This document shows, in pieces, positions 13,735 through 25,160 of a stretch of 64,000 nucleotides of DNA; within the stretch, counting starts at the first letter, position 1; each line of letters begins with the position of its first letter. The DNA is taken from positions 92,169,147 through 92,233,146 of the forward strand of contig JASCQW010000190.1 of the NCBI GenBank assembly GCA_030264375.1, written 5' to 3'. A program made the translations under genes and the position numbers. Below the pieces are notes generated by a model that did no database searches, was not told the origin of the DNA, and worked only from the letters and a program-made list of their open reading frames with translations. The stretch is from Carcharhinus longimanus (lineage: Eukaryota).

Positions 13735-14125
13735 GAGCTGTCATTTATGTGGTGCCTTTCATGGTCTCAGGGTGTCTAAAAGCACTTTACGGTCAATGTG
13801 TTGTTTTATGAAATGTAGTCACTGTTGTTTCTTGACAAATGAAGCAAACACTTTGGCACAGCAAGAATCCAAAAAAAATAGCAGTTGGATGAATGCTCAG
13901 TTTGACTGTTTTTAGCAGGATGGGTTGAGGTAGAAATGTTTGCCAGGATACCAGGAAAACTCTGCTCTTATTCAGATAATACTGTGATATCGCTTATGTC
14001 CATCTGAAAGGGAAAACAGAACATCATCCTGGAGACAGCACTTCTGACAAGGCAATGTTCAGTCAATATTTAAGTCTCAGCTCAATTATGTACTCAAATC
14101 CAGGGGTGAGAATTGAACCCACAAG
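13735..14125 (-). mobile_element. Deu-domain (SacSINE1-like) SINE relic; relatives at about 8815-8955 (+), 44050-44650 (+), 45900-46035 (+) and 59145-59540 (-)
   Basis: Shared 3' motif ttgctgtttgtgggatcttgctgtgc...ctgtaaagtgcttt..gaaaggc, in varying states of decay. Confidence 0.55.
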
Positions 14126-14160
14126 TATTGCAGAGATCTGGGGGAAGAACGATACTTTAG

Positions 14161-14380
14161 GCTGTTAACTCTGCAGCCTGCAAAGGTTCTTCAATGATAA
14201 AACTGACGAAAGCCACTCAGGTTATGCAGGTGGTGGGCAGCCTGTGGCACGGTCTGCCGTGGGGAAAATCAATGTAGCTATGGCGCTATTCAAATTATTC
14301 CTCCTTAAACTTTTCAATTTGGTAAAGAGACATCTGAGAAGTGATCACACAGAAGGTTGTACAAAAGTAAATTGAACAGA
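14161..14380 (+). pseudogene. RGSL1-like exon remnant with stops
   Basis: tttag| then AVNSAACKGSSMIKLTKATQVMQVVGSLWHGL...RDI*E, compared with recalled RGSL1 ALCADACAGNPFRDHLKKLNLKVEIQLLDLWQDL...DRICE. Confidence 0.5.
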
Positions 14381-14519
14381 AAAGGCGAAATCTGGAATAC
14401 CATTTTACATTAAACTGTAGAAGCTGGATAAGGGAACACAGGTTCAAACTAGTAAAGAATAATTTTAAACTTGATATCAAGGCCCTGCTCTTAACAGGAG
14501 CAGGAGTCATGGTTAGAGA

Positions 14520-15390
14520 CCCTGGTTCAAGTTTGCTGATGACACCTCCCTAGTGGGTTAGATCTCAAACAATGACAAGACACAGCACAGACCACACTAT
14601 GAGATAGAGAATCTGGTGAATTGGTGCAACAACAATAATCTTTCCCTCAGTGTCAACAAAATGGAGGAGATGGTCATCAACTTCAGGAAGCGTAGTGGAG
14701 AACATGCCCCTGTCTACGTCAATGGGGATGAAGTAGAAACAGTCAAGAGCTTCAGGTTTTTAGGTGTCCAGATCACCAACAACCTGTCTTGGTTTCCCTC
14801 CCCACCCCAACCCCGCATGCCGACACTATAGTTAAGAAAGCCTACCAATACCTTTACTTTCTCAAAAGACTAAGGAAATTTGGCATGTCAGCTACAACTC
14901 TCCTTTGCACCATAGAAAGCATTCTTTTTGGTTGTATCACAGCTTGGTTTGACCCCTGCCTGTCCAAGATTGCATGAAACCACAAAAGATTGTGAATGTA
15001 ATCCAATCCATCACACAAACCAGCCTCTCATCCATTGACTCTGTCTACATTTCTCGCTGCCTCGGCAAAGCAGCCAGCATAATTAAGGACTCCACGCACT
15101 CCGGACGTTCTCTCTTCCACCTTCTTCCGTTGGGAAAAAGATACAAAAGTCTGAGGTCACATACCAACGGACTCAAGAACAGCTTCTTCTCTGCTACCAT
15201 CAGACTTTTGAATGGACTTATCTTGCACTAAATTAATCTTTCTCTACACCCTAGCTATGATTGTAACACTACATTCTGCACTGTCTCCTTTCTTTCTCTA
15301 TGAACGGTATGCTTAGTCTGTATAGCACGCAAGAAACAACTTTTCACTATATGCCAATACATGTGACAATAATAAATCAAAGCAAATCAG
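14520..15390 (+). mobile_element. Rex1/Babar-like LINE 3' part; related fragments at 38005-38415 (+) and 23960-24185 (-)
   Basis: FADDT...WCNNNNLSLSVNKMEEMVINFRK...FRFLGVQITNNLSW...YFLKRLRKFG, ending in an aataaatcaaa tail. Confidence 0.8.
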
Positions 15391-16089
15391 GTTTCCTTTC
15401 ATACTGTGGAGGTTTTACAGCAGGTTTCCCACCTTGAAATCAGCCTAATTGACAAGCTTGGCTCTCAGTCTAAGCACTCTGGAACAGGCCGTTGCCACAG
15501 TCAAGAGCTTGCAGCGGCTACTGGGAGCACAGTGTGAGGCATTCTGTGGTGTGATTCCAAACCGTGGGGATCTGTCTCAGGGAAATACAGCCAGCCAGGA
15601 TTATACCCACAAAACAGATTAAATCGGAAGCCTCAAGCCTCATTAATTTTTAACTTGCCAACCTACCCCCCGGAAGAAGGTTTTCTGATCTGTCCTGCCA
15701 CTGTTAATCCCAGAATGGGCAGCTCGGAGGTGGGTTGAGATCAGATTTGAGATCATTTTAAAATTTAATCTTCCTTCACCGAACCGATCCCTTTCTTTAA
15801 AATTAAATTTATCCCAAATCTCTGTGCTGAAAGTGGTCAATATTTTGAATGAAAAACTGAACAGAGCAGGGGGAAAGCTTTGGAATCATTGCTTTCAGGA
15901 GGAGGGGGGCAACACTGACAGGGAAAAAAATGAAAATATATTACTTTTTCTTCAAAAGTCAGGAAACTGGTTATCAAGCACGATGTAAAGAACATGCATA
16001 TTGTGAGCACAAAACTACAAAAACTCAACTTTTCTTCAAATGTCTCACTGTATGACAAGTTATTTTTGCACTACTGTATACCTCTTCCA

Positions 16090-16700
16090 AGTATTAAACA
16101 TTGCCTGTATGCAGCAAGACATGGAAAATATTCAGCCATGGGCTGACAAGTGACAAGTACCTTTGGTACCACATATGTGCCAGACAATGACCATCTCCCC
16201 TTGACCTTCAACAGAGTTACCATCGCTGAATTCCCCCATAATCCACATCCTTGAGGTTATCATTGTTCAGAAACATAATTAGGCCAGCCATATAAATCCT
16301 GCAGCTATTTCTGCAGGTTAGTCACTGGGAACTCTGCTATGAGTAACTCACCTCCTGACTCCCCAAAACCTGTCCACCATTTCCAAGACACAAATCAGAA
16401 GTGTGATGAAATGCTCTCCACTTGCCTGGATGAGTGCAGCTCCAAAAACACTTATGAAGCTCAAAACAATGGCGGACAAAGCAGCCCACTTGATTGGCAC
16501 CCTGTTCAGTATAAACATTCACTCCCTCCACCCTGGCACGCTGTAACTGCAATTTGTAGCATCTGCAAAATACATTGCCGTGAAGCCTTTGACAACACTT
16601 TCCAAACTCTTTGGCTTGTACCACCTTGAAGAATTAGGGCAACAGAGGCATGGGAACACCTTCAAGTTCCTCTCTCCAAGTCACACACCATCCTGATTTG
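16090..16700 (+). mobile_element. Old CR1-group LINE 3' fragment; relatives at about 2000-2275, 17750-17900, 40130-40270 (-) and 61230-61320
   Basis: Shared motifs accatctcc, ccccttgacattcaa, aactcacctcctgactccccaaa and aaagcagcc..ttgattggcacc. Confidence 0.65.
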
Positions 16701-18736
16701 TTGTTTGTCTGCAGTAAGTGCAGGTTGCTGGAGGAGCTCCAGCTCAAGGTAGATGAGCTGGCCTCTGAGCTACAGACACTGANNNNNNNNNNNNNNNNNN
16801 NNNNNNNNNNNNNNNNNNNNNNNNNNNNNNNNNNNNNNNNNNNNNNNNNNNNNNNNNNNNNNNNNNNNNNNNNNNNNNNNNNCTGAGCCATGACAGATCA
16901 GCCATGATCTTATTGAATCGCAGGGCAGGCTCGAAGGGCTAGATGGCCTACTCCTGCTCCTAATTCTTATGTTCTTATGTAAGAAATGAGATCTTTAATA
17001 AATGACATTTTATAGATTAAGTATAGAATTCTTATGGATTTGGTCGGCATCGTGTAAGGCAGCATTAGCAGAGAAACTGTTTACTTTCCTTCTCTGGAAA
17101 AACATAAAGTGTCCCTGGAAATGTCCAGACAACCACATTCAGGCTTCCGTGTTAATATTTCTAATTTGCTAGATTGGCATCTTTTACCCTTTCACGTATA
17201 AAAGTCTCCGGTAAGAGTGAATAATGATCCTCAGCATGAAGGAAACTAAAAGGTGAACTCGAGCTAGAGTGATGGACAAGGGAGGTGACTAACCTAACAT
17301 CTTGGGCATTTGGCATGTATTCATTGATTAGATAGGTTCAAACAAGTGACTGAGGTAAGATGAATTACCAACCTCTAGAAATAAAGCAAGTTAATGGGTG
17401 CTTGGATGCTAGGATGCTCGGCACTGTCCTTGTCATGCAGCTGCTTTCTTTAGACGATGGAAGCTCAGAAAAGATGAATGAAGACCAGGAAAAGAGTTTC
17501 CTTCTTCTTCAGTTACAGAGAAGAAGGCTGCATTTCGAGGGATCAATATACTCTTTGCATAATCTACAGGATTGGAGTATTGTATCCAGCTGTCGCAGGA
17601 TGGATGCTTTTCCTATTTATTTAGCTTGTACATCCTATCTAAACTGTTGCTTCTTCATTACCTTAAAATCACTTATTAATTCTCAATCACGTACTTTGGG
17701 TCACCTTTTGACTCTTGAACCTTAAAACTTCCATGTTCCTTCATTGTTGTAGGATAAAAGTCCTGGAATTCTGTTCCTAACAACATTGTACCTATAACTG
17801 CAGTCTGCAGTGGTTCAAGAAGGTGGCTCTCCACTGCTTGTTCAAGGCCAATTAGGGATGCGCAATAAACATTAACCTTCTCAGCAGTGCCTGCATCTCA
17901 AGAATGAACAAAAGAAAATTGCTGTTAACACACAAGATGCCAGGGTTTGAGAACAAAGATGTTCTTTCACTAGCAATCCACTGCCACCCATCAGAGCAAG
18001 CCAGGATATAAATTTACCTAGACTTAAATTACTTTCACAGAATCAGAAGCTCAGCCTTATTTTGAATTCACTTGTATTGAATCCCCCATGGCATTGTTCA
18101 TGATTAGTTAAAGGAAGCAGGATGTCATCCATCTATGTTTGTTCTGCAAGTTCAGAAAAAGATGACAGCACCCATCAGGAAGATAAGAACAACAGGAATG
18201 GCCACTATAGTGTTAGCCATTGATTTCAACTACAACAATCATGACACTCAGAAAACTGAAAGATTTTAATGTATTATAGCTGTACTATAAAAACATATTC
18301 ATACACATTCCCCATCTGTCTTTGCATTTAGTGAGTGCCTTTGAACACTTGTTGTTAGGTTGAGGACATGTGGATTTGTGTTTGAATAATGGATAGAGAT
18401 AGTGTTCTTTATAATTAATCTGTTATTGGGTTAGTGTGTTGGACTTTGGTAGGAATAATGGTAGGAAGGAGTATTACTTACGTGGCGAAAAACTGCAGCA
18501 GGCGACGGTGCAGAGGGACCTCGGGGTCCTTGTGCATGAGTCGCAAAANNNNNNNNNNNNNNNNNNNNNNNNNNNNNNNNNNNNNNNNNNNNNNNNNNNN
18601 NNNNNNNNNNNNNNNNNNNNNNNNNNNNNNNNNNNNNNNNNNNNNNNNTCTTATTGAATGGCGGGGCAGGCTCGAAGGGCTAGATGGCCTACTCCTGCTC
18701 CTATTTCTTATGTTCTTATGATACATGTTGCTTCAG

Positions 18737-19026
18737 TTGAACTTGTGCACAATAAGCGGAGAGCTGATAACCCAACAACTCGCAGTAAATTTTATGTCTG
18801 CACTTCAGCAGCAAATGAGCCCAAACTTCTGCCTGGAGCTCTCCTTCCTTGTTAAGTTTAATAAACCTACTCTTCCTTCACAATCCAGATCCTGTGACTG
18901 CTTCCTAAAAGCCTATATGAAGCATAGTGAAGATGTTCTGAAGTGTAGCACCTTCTACTTAGATGAATTAGCTCGTGCCATGTGTCAAAGTTCAATTAAG
19001 AATCAGAAACCTGGCTTTTCTCAGCA
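18737..19026 (+). pseudogene. RGSL1-like exon (open frame)
   Basis: ttcag| acceptor and |gtaagt donor enclose an uninterrupted frame LNLCTISGELITQQLAVNFMS...KNQKPGFSQ. Confidence 0.4.
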
Positions 19027-19341
19027 GTAAGTAAGTAGTCCTTTAAGAGACAAGCTCATTCCCACAGAGTAGGGGAAGTAGGGGAAAAGGTTGTAACTTT
19101 ACACTGAGTTACCAAGGCAGTGTCACATAGCACAGTGGGCTGTGGGCTTGGCGAACTTCAAATTTCATTGAGGTTGCAAGAAGCCGGTCACTTCACTTCA
19201 AGGGAGAGAGCATTCAGCAGGCAGGCACCTCATCTGTTTTTCCACATCAGCAATTGACCAAACCTACAGCTCACTGCCCTGCCTCATACCATCTCCCCCA
19301 CACCCACAGCTAGAAGTGGTCCAATGTACCACAGAAATATT

Positions 19342-19560
19342 GTTGCTAACCCCCCCAGTAATTTTTATATTCAAGAACCTCCAGGGGTCAAAGATTAATC
19401 TCCAAGACCTCACTGAAAGCCGCCTAGGGGGAAAAAAAAACATTAGGGTCAATAAAACATGATGTTTTATTAAAAGATTCTTTGAGGTGTAAATGGGGCA
19501 GGGAATTTGGAGATGTGTGATAATAATTCCAGAAATATGTCTAACCAGAGTTGGCAACAT
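19342..19560. mobile_element. Degenerate non-autonomous DNA transposon (GTTGCCAAC-type termini)
   Basis: Imperfect inverted termini tgttgctaacccc ... gagttggcaaca. Confidence 0.5.
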
Positions 19561-19733
19561 AAATATGGAAGGGTTAAGACTGAGTAAAGGACAAATTATT
19601 TCTGAAATTTACCGGCATGGGCTGATTGGGCCAAATAGCCTGTTACTATGCTGTCTATCTTATGCAATTCTTTGTCATTTCTAAATGTAATTTTTTTTTC
19701 AACCGTTGCATTAAGGCAATATTACATATAAGT

Positions 19734-20027
19734 CAGTGGTTCCCAAAGTTGGGGTCGGGACCCACAGTGGGGTCCCAGAACATCAAGTTGGGGTCCTGAA
19801 AAGATTTTCTGAATTAATTAAACTAAAAAAAGTACAATTAACAATATTTTTTTTTGCTTTTGCTGTTACAAGAGTAAAGTTATTGTACTTAAAATGGACA
19901 AAATAGTGTAGTAAATAATGCTCTTGTTTTTTTGACGTGAAAACAATGTTCATCTACCAACAACAGCTGGGGTCACAGGTTTCTGCTGCTGGTATTTTGT
20001 GGGTCAAAAGCTGTTTGGGAACCACTG
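19734..20027. mobile_element. hAT-Charlie-like MITE
   Basis: Perfect 14-bp TIR CAGTGGTTCCCAAA / TTTGGGAACCACTG and subterminal GGGGTC repeats. No ORF; the target-site duplication is degenerate. Confidence 0.85.
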
Positions 20028-20322
20028 ATTTCAAGAACATACAATAAATGGTGTGTAACTGCTACAAGCTAAATTTGAACATTACAGTTAATTTTAAGTT
20101 TAGTATGCACACATATTGAAGATTTTAGGGGGAAAAAAACTAGTCATTAGGTTGTTTTGTNNNNNNNNNNNNNNNNNNNNNNNNNNNNNNNNNNNNNNNN
20201 NNNNNNNNNNNNNNNNNNNNNNNNNNNNNNNNNNNNNNNNNNNNNNNNNNNNNNNNNNNNAAATCTCTTCTAATGACTACAGTAACTTTGACAGGGGTCA
20301 AGCGTTTTGTCTTTTGATACAG

Positions 20323-20520
20323 CACTTGCTGATGTTTTCTCTGAAAGTGCGCAGGACCATAAGTAATTGCAATTCCTGGTCTTTCAGAGAGTACCACCGC
20401 AATTTTTAACAAATCTATAGCATAATTCGTCAAAATGAATTACACACTATACTAAAATGCCTATCATCTCCAGTAACTTTTTCTTCTGCTGTTGGTTGTA
20501 TCCTTATATCCACCTGCAAA
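20323..20520 (+). pseudogene. RGSL1-like exon remnant with stops
   Basis: tgatacag| then LADVFSESAQDHK*LQFLVFQRVPPQFLTNL*, compared with recalled RGSL1 LTEVLLNTQHLEFFREFLKERKAKIPLQFLTAV. Confidence 0.5.
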
Positions 20521-20793
20521 GTATCTTTGAAATCCCACACATTTTCATTTATTTAGGACTGAATTTGATTATAAAGCTGACAAGTGCACTCTGCTGTGAG
20601 TTTCTATTTTAAAAGCTATAGGAACTTCTACATCCACCATTAGCAAGCAGATCAAATAAAAAAAATCTAGTAAGAAATCACTAAATGGGCTTTGTTGATA
20701 GACTTTAATTGACAACATTCCAGGCAGCCTTCATGGAAAAGATTGTACAATACTCCATTTAAATTTACTAAGTGCTGTCTCTTTTCCCTTTAG

Positions 20794-20941
20794 GTAGTGG
20801 GCTGGGCAGGCTACTTCTCTTTCTGGCAGTTGTTGGGGCACTAATGGAATATGATAAATTGGGGCATGAGACAGCTTCAGGCCAGGAATGTATGAAACGT
20901 TACGAGAATTTGTGTTACGTGCTTTCTGCACATGTCTGCTG
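20794..20941 (+). pseudogene. RGSL1-like exon (open frame)
   Basis: Strong cttttccctttag| acceptor and TG|gtaatt donor. SGLGRLLLFLAVVGALMEYDKLGHETASGQECMKRY, compared with recalled RGSL1 GWMRMISFIRSFCKYRRFMLNPSKRQEFEDY. Confidence 0.5.
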
Positions 20942-21157
20942 GTAATTTTGCACGTACTTGGATGAAGCAGAAATATTTCAAATTACCATGATTAATTATG
21001 CATACAGTCAACCTGCCAAAACAAGTATAATTGAGGACGTTGTTGAGATTGTTTTCAACATGATATTTTGAACTGATCTGCAACACTACTTATACCCTGG
21101 GTCATGTTGAAAGTCAACTTATTTGACTTGTGTCTGTCTCCCTTTATTTTCAATCAG

Positions 21158-21580
21158 TTGTGCCCAGCCATCTTATTCAATCCAGAGAATAAAAAAGGGC
21201 ATGAGGATTTGCTGTTCTGGAGAGTCATTGCAGAGTTTGAGGCAATCCTTGTTATACTTGTGCAGCTATCCATTAGTATAAATATCGCTGGCCTGAGACT
21301 CATCGTGTTTCCTATGCTAGCCGAAAGCTTTCTCCATTCATACTTGCAGATGACGAAGGGAACCATGCCTTGAACTGAAAGCAAGCTGAATAGCAATTCT
21401 ATGCCAAAAGCTTCCTTTTTCCTGAATGCAATCATTTTGCAAGTAATACTGCCCCAGAGATTCTTGCCACATTCATTTCCATGGAAGATTCAACTTCAGC
21501 ATGAACTGTCATAATATTTTTGCTCCAACAATATATTTCAATATACTTCACCAAACTCAGGATGAGACCAACTGATAATG
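21158..21580 (+). pseudogene. RGSL1-like C-terminal RGS-like repeat remnant
   Basis: ttttcaatcag| then ...HEDLLFWRVIAEFE...ESFLHSYL...*...SFFLNAIILQVILPQRF..WK, with a later YFTKLR. Recalled RGSL1 has NDLYFFSEMEKF...KLFLNSDI...SVFHGAIMSVFP...KRFCFWK...RFTLLR. EDLLFW matches the generic RGS ENLxFW motif. Confidence 0.55.
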
Positions 21581-21990
21581 CTAAATAAAACCAGAGTCTG
21601 ACCATTTCCACAGCTTTTTAATTCTTATGGTTCTTCTCAAGAAGGCTGGCAAGGCAGCACAGTGATTAGCACTGCCGCCTCACAGCGCCAGGGACCCAGG
21701 TTCGATTCCAGACTTGGGTCACTATCTGTGTGGAGCTTGCACGGAGCTCCTGTGATTGCATGGGGGTGCTCTGGTTTCCTCCCACAGTCCGAAAGATGAG
21801 CTGATCAGGCACACTGGCCATGTTAAATTCTCCCTCTGTGTAGCCGAACAGATGCCGGAGTGTGGCAAATAGGGAATTTTCACAGTAACTTCATTGCAGT
21901 GTTGATATCNNNNNNNNNNNNNNNNNNNNNNNACTTTAAACTTAATCTTTTTCATTTGACTGAGGTTCTACCAAATGTCCACCACACTGT

Positions 21991-23480
21991 GGCTGGAACT
22001 TTTACGTGTTTGGGCTGGGCACACAATAAAAGGTCAGGAGCGGTTTATAATTAAGGGCTAATTAAGGCCATTAAAATTCCAATCGATGGTGTTTTTACAC
22101 TACCAGTGTGATTTTTAGCTGGTGGTAGCCCATTACCTCATCCATGGGGCGGGATGTTCCTGGAGCAGTAGCAGTTTCTGTGTGTTAGAGTTCATAGCTG
22201 TGTAGAGTTTTCCTTGCGTTTCCTAGATATTGTTTAACATTTGACACATAACTTTCAGCATTTCAAGACTTTTCTGGAAGATTTCCTTAGGATTGAAGGA
22301 CAGTGTCCCATCATTTACAAGACACTGATCCTCTGCATCTGATCCAATGGGGGTAGTCTATTTTGCTAGTGAAACCTTGCTGAAGAGGAAGAGAAAGGAA
22401 GGATAGGAGGCAAGGTGAGTGCATACAGTGTCCCAGGCAGTGACATGTATGAGCAGAGGCTCATTTGATGCAGGGTCAAAGAGGCCAAGGTGGGAGGGTT
22501 CACTGAAGATGACACTACCCAGCGGCCAGAGTATTCAGGCAGCCCATCAACTATTTCCAGGTGTCCAAGATCCAATGCTGCAGGGGACTCCACCTGTCCA
22601 GGAACATAGTGACAACAATTTGTGATACGATTGGTCCTGAAGTCATCTCCAACTGAATGGAGGGTCAGCATCACAATCAGTGATGTGTCAAGCTGGTGAC
22701 TGATGCCATCTTCAGACATGCCCACACTTTCTTCAACTACTAGACAGGCAAGGGCAGCCAGATGGAACGAGCATGTGGATTACGGCAGTGGCTGGGTTTC
22801 CCTATATTCAAGAGTGCTATAGTCTGCACACATGTGGCCATCACGCCAGAAGTAGGAGAGCTAGGACCTTTCATCAACAGGAAAGGGCAACATTCAATGA
22901 ATGTCCAGATTGTTTGTAACCGCAGGAAGTAGATTGTCCAAGTATCTGCCTGTTATCCAGGGAGCTCACACGATTCACACATCTCACAGCACTCTCAGGT
23001 ATCGAGGTTGGTTTTGGCACCTGCAAGATTGGATAGGTGACCAGGGTTATACCTTGAAGAGGTGGCTGATGACCCCACTCCATAACTGAAGAACTGAAGC
23101 AGAGGAGAGATACAACAGGATTCATGCATCCACAAGAGTGTCGGTGGGGAGGACCATCGGACCACTCCAAATGCACTTCCGATGTCTTGACCAATCTCCC
23201 TCACAGTTGTTACATTCTGCGCAATCTAGCTCTGACAAGGGTGGGGGGCAGGGGATGTGCAGTGAAGGCTGAGGAGAGCAAGGCAGGATCATAGACAAGT
23301 AATGGGTTAGAGGATGAGTCTGACATTGCACAAAATGTAGACATCAAGGAGGATGATAGGAACATTCAGGGATCAGGGAGAAGAGGGATGCATTGATCCA
23401 GTGTCCCTTCAGCTAGGCATCTCAAGTACAGTGGCCCAATTCAATGGCAATAAAACTTTCCTTAAGAGCACATCCCAGAA
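21991..23480 (+). mobile_element. Harbinger DNA transposon 1 (left end plus transposase)
   Basis: Begins with ggctggaactttta, similar to GGGCxGAATTTT-type Harbinger termini, upstream of the transposase. AATAAA follows the ORF. Confidence 0.65.
22347..23330 (+). pseudogene. PIF/Harbinger (HARBI1-like, DDE_Tnp_4) transposase pseudogene 1
   Basis: Motifs AGFP, SAIVCTHVAI, FINRKGQHSMNVQIVC, YPGSSHDS, WIGDQGYTLKRWLMTP and EERYNRIHASTRVSVGRTIG..FRCLD. Frameshifts are present. Confidence 0.9.
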
Positions 23481-23485
23481 AACCT

Positions 23486-23720
23486 GTGGAGATGCCAGCG
23501 TTGGACAGGGTAAACACAGTAAGAAGTCTCACAACACCAGGTTAAAATCCAACAGTTTTATTTAGTAGCACAAGCCACTAGTTTCGAAACACTGCTCCTT
23601 TATCAGGCGAGTGGAAATCCCACTCACCTGATGAAGGAGTAATGCTCCGAAAGCTAGTGGCTTGTGCTACCAAATAAACCTGTTGGTCTTTAACCTGGTG
23701 TTGTGAGGCTTCTTACTCTG
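23486..23720. mobile_element. Penelope-like foldback element (about 205 bp palindrome) with hammerhead core
   Basis: 23515-23720 is a near-perfect inverted repeat centred near 23617. It contains CTGATGA(23628-23634)-a-GGAGT-aat-GCTCC-GAAA-GCTA. Confidence 0.8.
23624..23660 (+). ncRNA. Minimal type I hammerhead ribozyme motif (Penelope-type)
   Basis: Core CUGAUGA and GAAA are intact. Stem II is GGAGU/GCUCC, stem III is the palindrome AGCU, the cleavage triplet is CUA, and stem I is UCAC/GUGG. Confidence 0.6.
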
Positions 23721-24194
23721 TCGACACAAAACCCACAGCTTGTAAGCCTATGCAGCATCTGGCCAATTTACAATACAAGCAACCAACTCAGCCCACTGAA
23801 TTGAGGAAAATATTTATGTGATTTAAGACAGAAACAGCATACAGATGTGCCAAACTTAACAGAAAACTCAAAGTAATGAATGCAAATAATTATCACCATT
23901 GATATGCCCATTATGCACAAGGTGCCTTAAACTTACACCTACAGGTGCTGCATCTTTTAGATTTGATTTGATTTACTATGGTCACATGAATTGGGATACA
24001 GTGAAACGTATTGTTTCTTGCAATGCTATACAGACAAAGCATACCGTTCATAGAGTCATAGGAGAGAAGGAAAGGTTATTGTGCAGAATATAGTGTTGCA
24101 ATTACAGATAAGGTGAAGAGAAAGATCATCTTAATATATGATAATCCAATCAAAAGTCTGGTGGCAGCAGGAAAGAAGCTGTTCTGTATCGCAG

Positions 24195-25160
24195 GAGGGG
24201 ACCCCATCACTTCTGGACCATCTGGCATCGCGGCCCCCACTGCTGTTCCCAGCCATCCTGCCCCTGACAGCTCGGAAGACTCCACAGAGGAAGCCGATGA
24301 AGGGACCTCCGAGGCCGGCACCAGTTTTGTATCAGCTTCCACTGCGTCATTCACCATCCCAGAGACTCTCACATCGGTGGATCAGCTTAGTGGCGAGGCA
24401 TTTGGGTCACTCTTTGATGTGCACAACACATCTCCTGATGTACGGCGGGTGGAGGGAGGAACGTCTGAGGCCTATAGCACGTGGAGATCTGCCAGCAGCG
24501 AGGACTCAGCTGGCCCCAGGCTACATGCTGGGTGTCTGAGGTCACTTCTCTGAGAGTTGCTGGAGATGCAGCAACAGAGTCAGGAAATGCAGCCTTTGAG
24601 AACATGGCCTAGTCACAAAGGTTATGGTTGAAAGGCTGCAGAGTGTGGCCCAGTGTCAGAGGGCATTTGCTGCTGCCAATGTCAGGTGGCCCCCAACTCA
24701 GAGAGTCATCGCAGAGGGCTCAACCATCATGGCAAGAAAGCAAGAGGTCCTCCAGAACTTGTAGGGCCAGGTAATGTCAGAGCTTCTGGAACACATTGCA
24801 GAAGCACCACTATCCCATGGAGTGATCCTAGAGGCTCACAGGAACCCCAAAGGAAGAGGAAGGACTCGAGCCCATGCCAGGGCCTTCGAGCCAGGAGACT
24901 GTGACTCTGCCTACACTTTCTGATTCTCCCCTTCCTTCCACCAGGACATCGTAGGGGCAGCGAGATGAAGAAGGTGTCATGGATATGTCCCTGACACCTG
25001 GAAGCCAACCAGGGCCCTCAAGGTCCAGGCCCTCCGCAGGACAATCACCAAAGGCATCACAGGCCATGGGGCACAATAGGCAGCTGGCCACCTCCACCTC
25101 TGATGCACATCTTGGGGAGATACTGAGATGTGGTGGTACGAGGTTTTATCAGCATTAAGA
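24195..25160 (+). pseudogene. Putative C-terminal remnant of the Harbinger partner (Myb/SANT-like ORF1)
   Basis: GC-rich coding-like tract after a gcag acceptor. It has a S/T/E-rich low-complexity stretch, an LLEMQQQSQE coiled-coil-like piece and a basic PGPSRSRP tail, and is convergent with transposase 2. The Myb domain itself is not seen. Confidence 0.5.

Larger units (their letters stand above)
1845..21580 (+). pseudogene. Decayed multi-exon RGSL1-like (multi-RGS-domain) pseudogene
   Basis: Collinear splice-bounded segments at about 1922-1967, 5293-5376, 6335-6408, 7001-7215, 11822-11894, 12137-12232, 14161-14380, 17454-17620, 18737-19026, 20323-20520, 20794-20941 and 21158-21580 resemble successive parts of RGSL1 as recalled. 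Several contain in-frame stops or phase mismatches. Confidence 0.55.

Noticed and set aside
21345-21385. Hammerhead-like atgacga...gaaagc (also ctgaaga at about 6391)
   Set aside because: The core or stem II is incomplete, and both are better explained as part of the RGSL1-like segments.
21652-21725. tRNA-like sequence with A and B boxes
   Set aside because: It is the head of a V-SINE, followed by the SINE core, not a tRNA gene.
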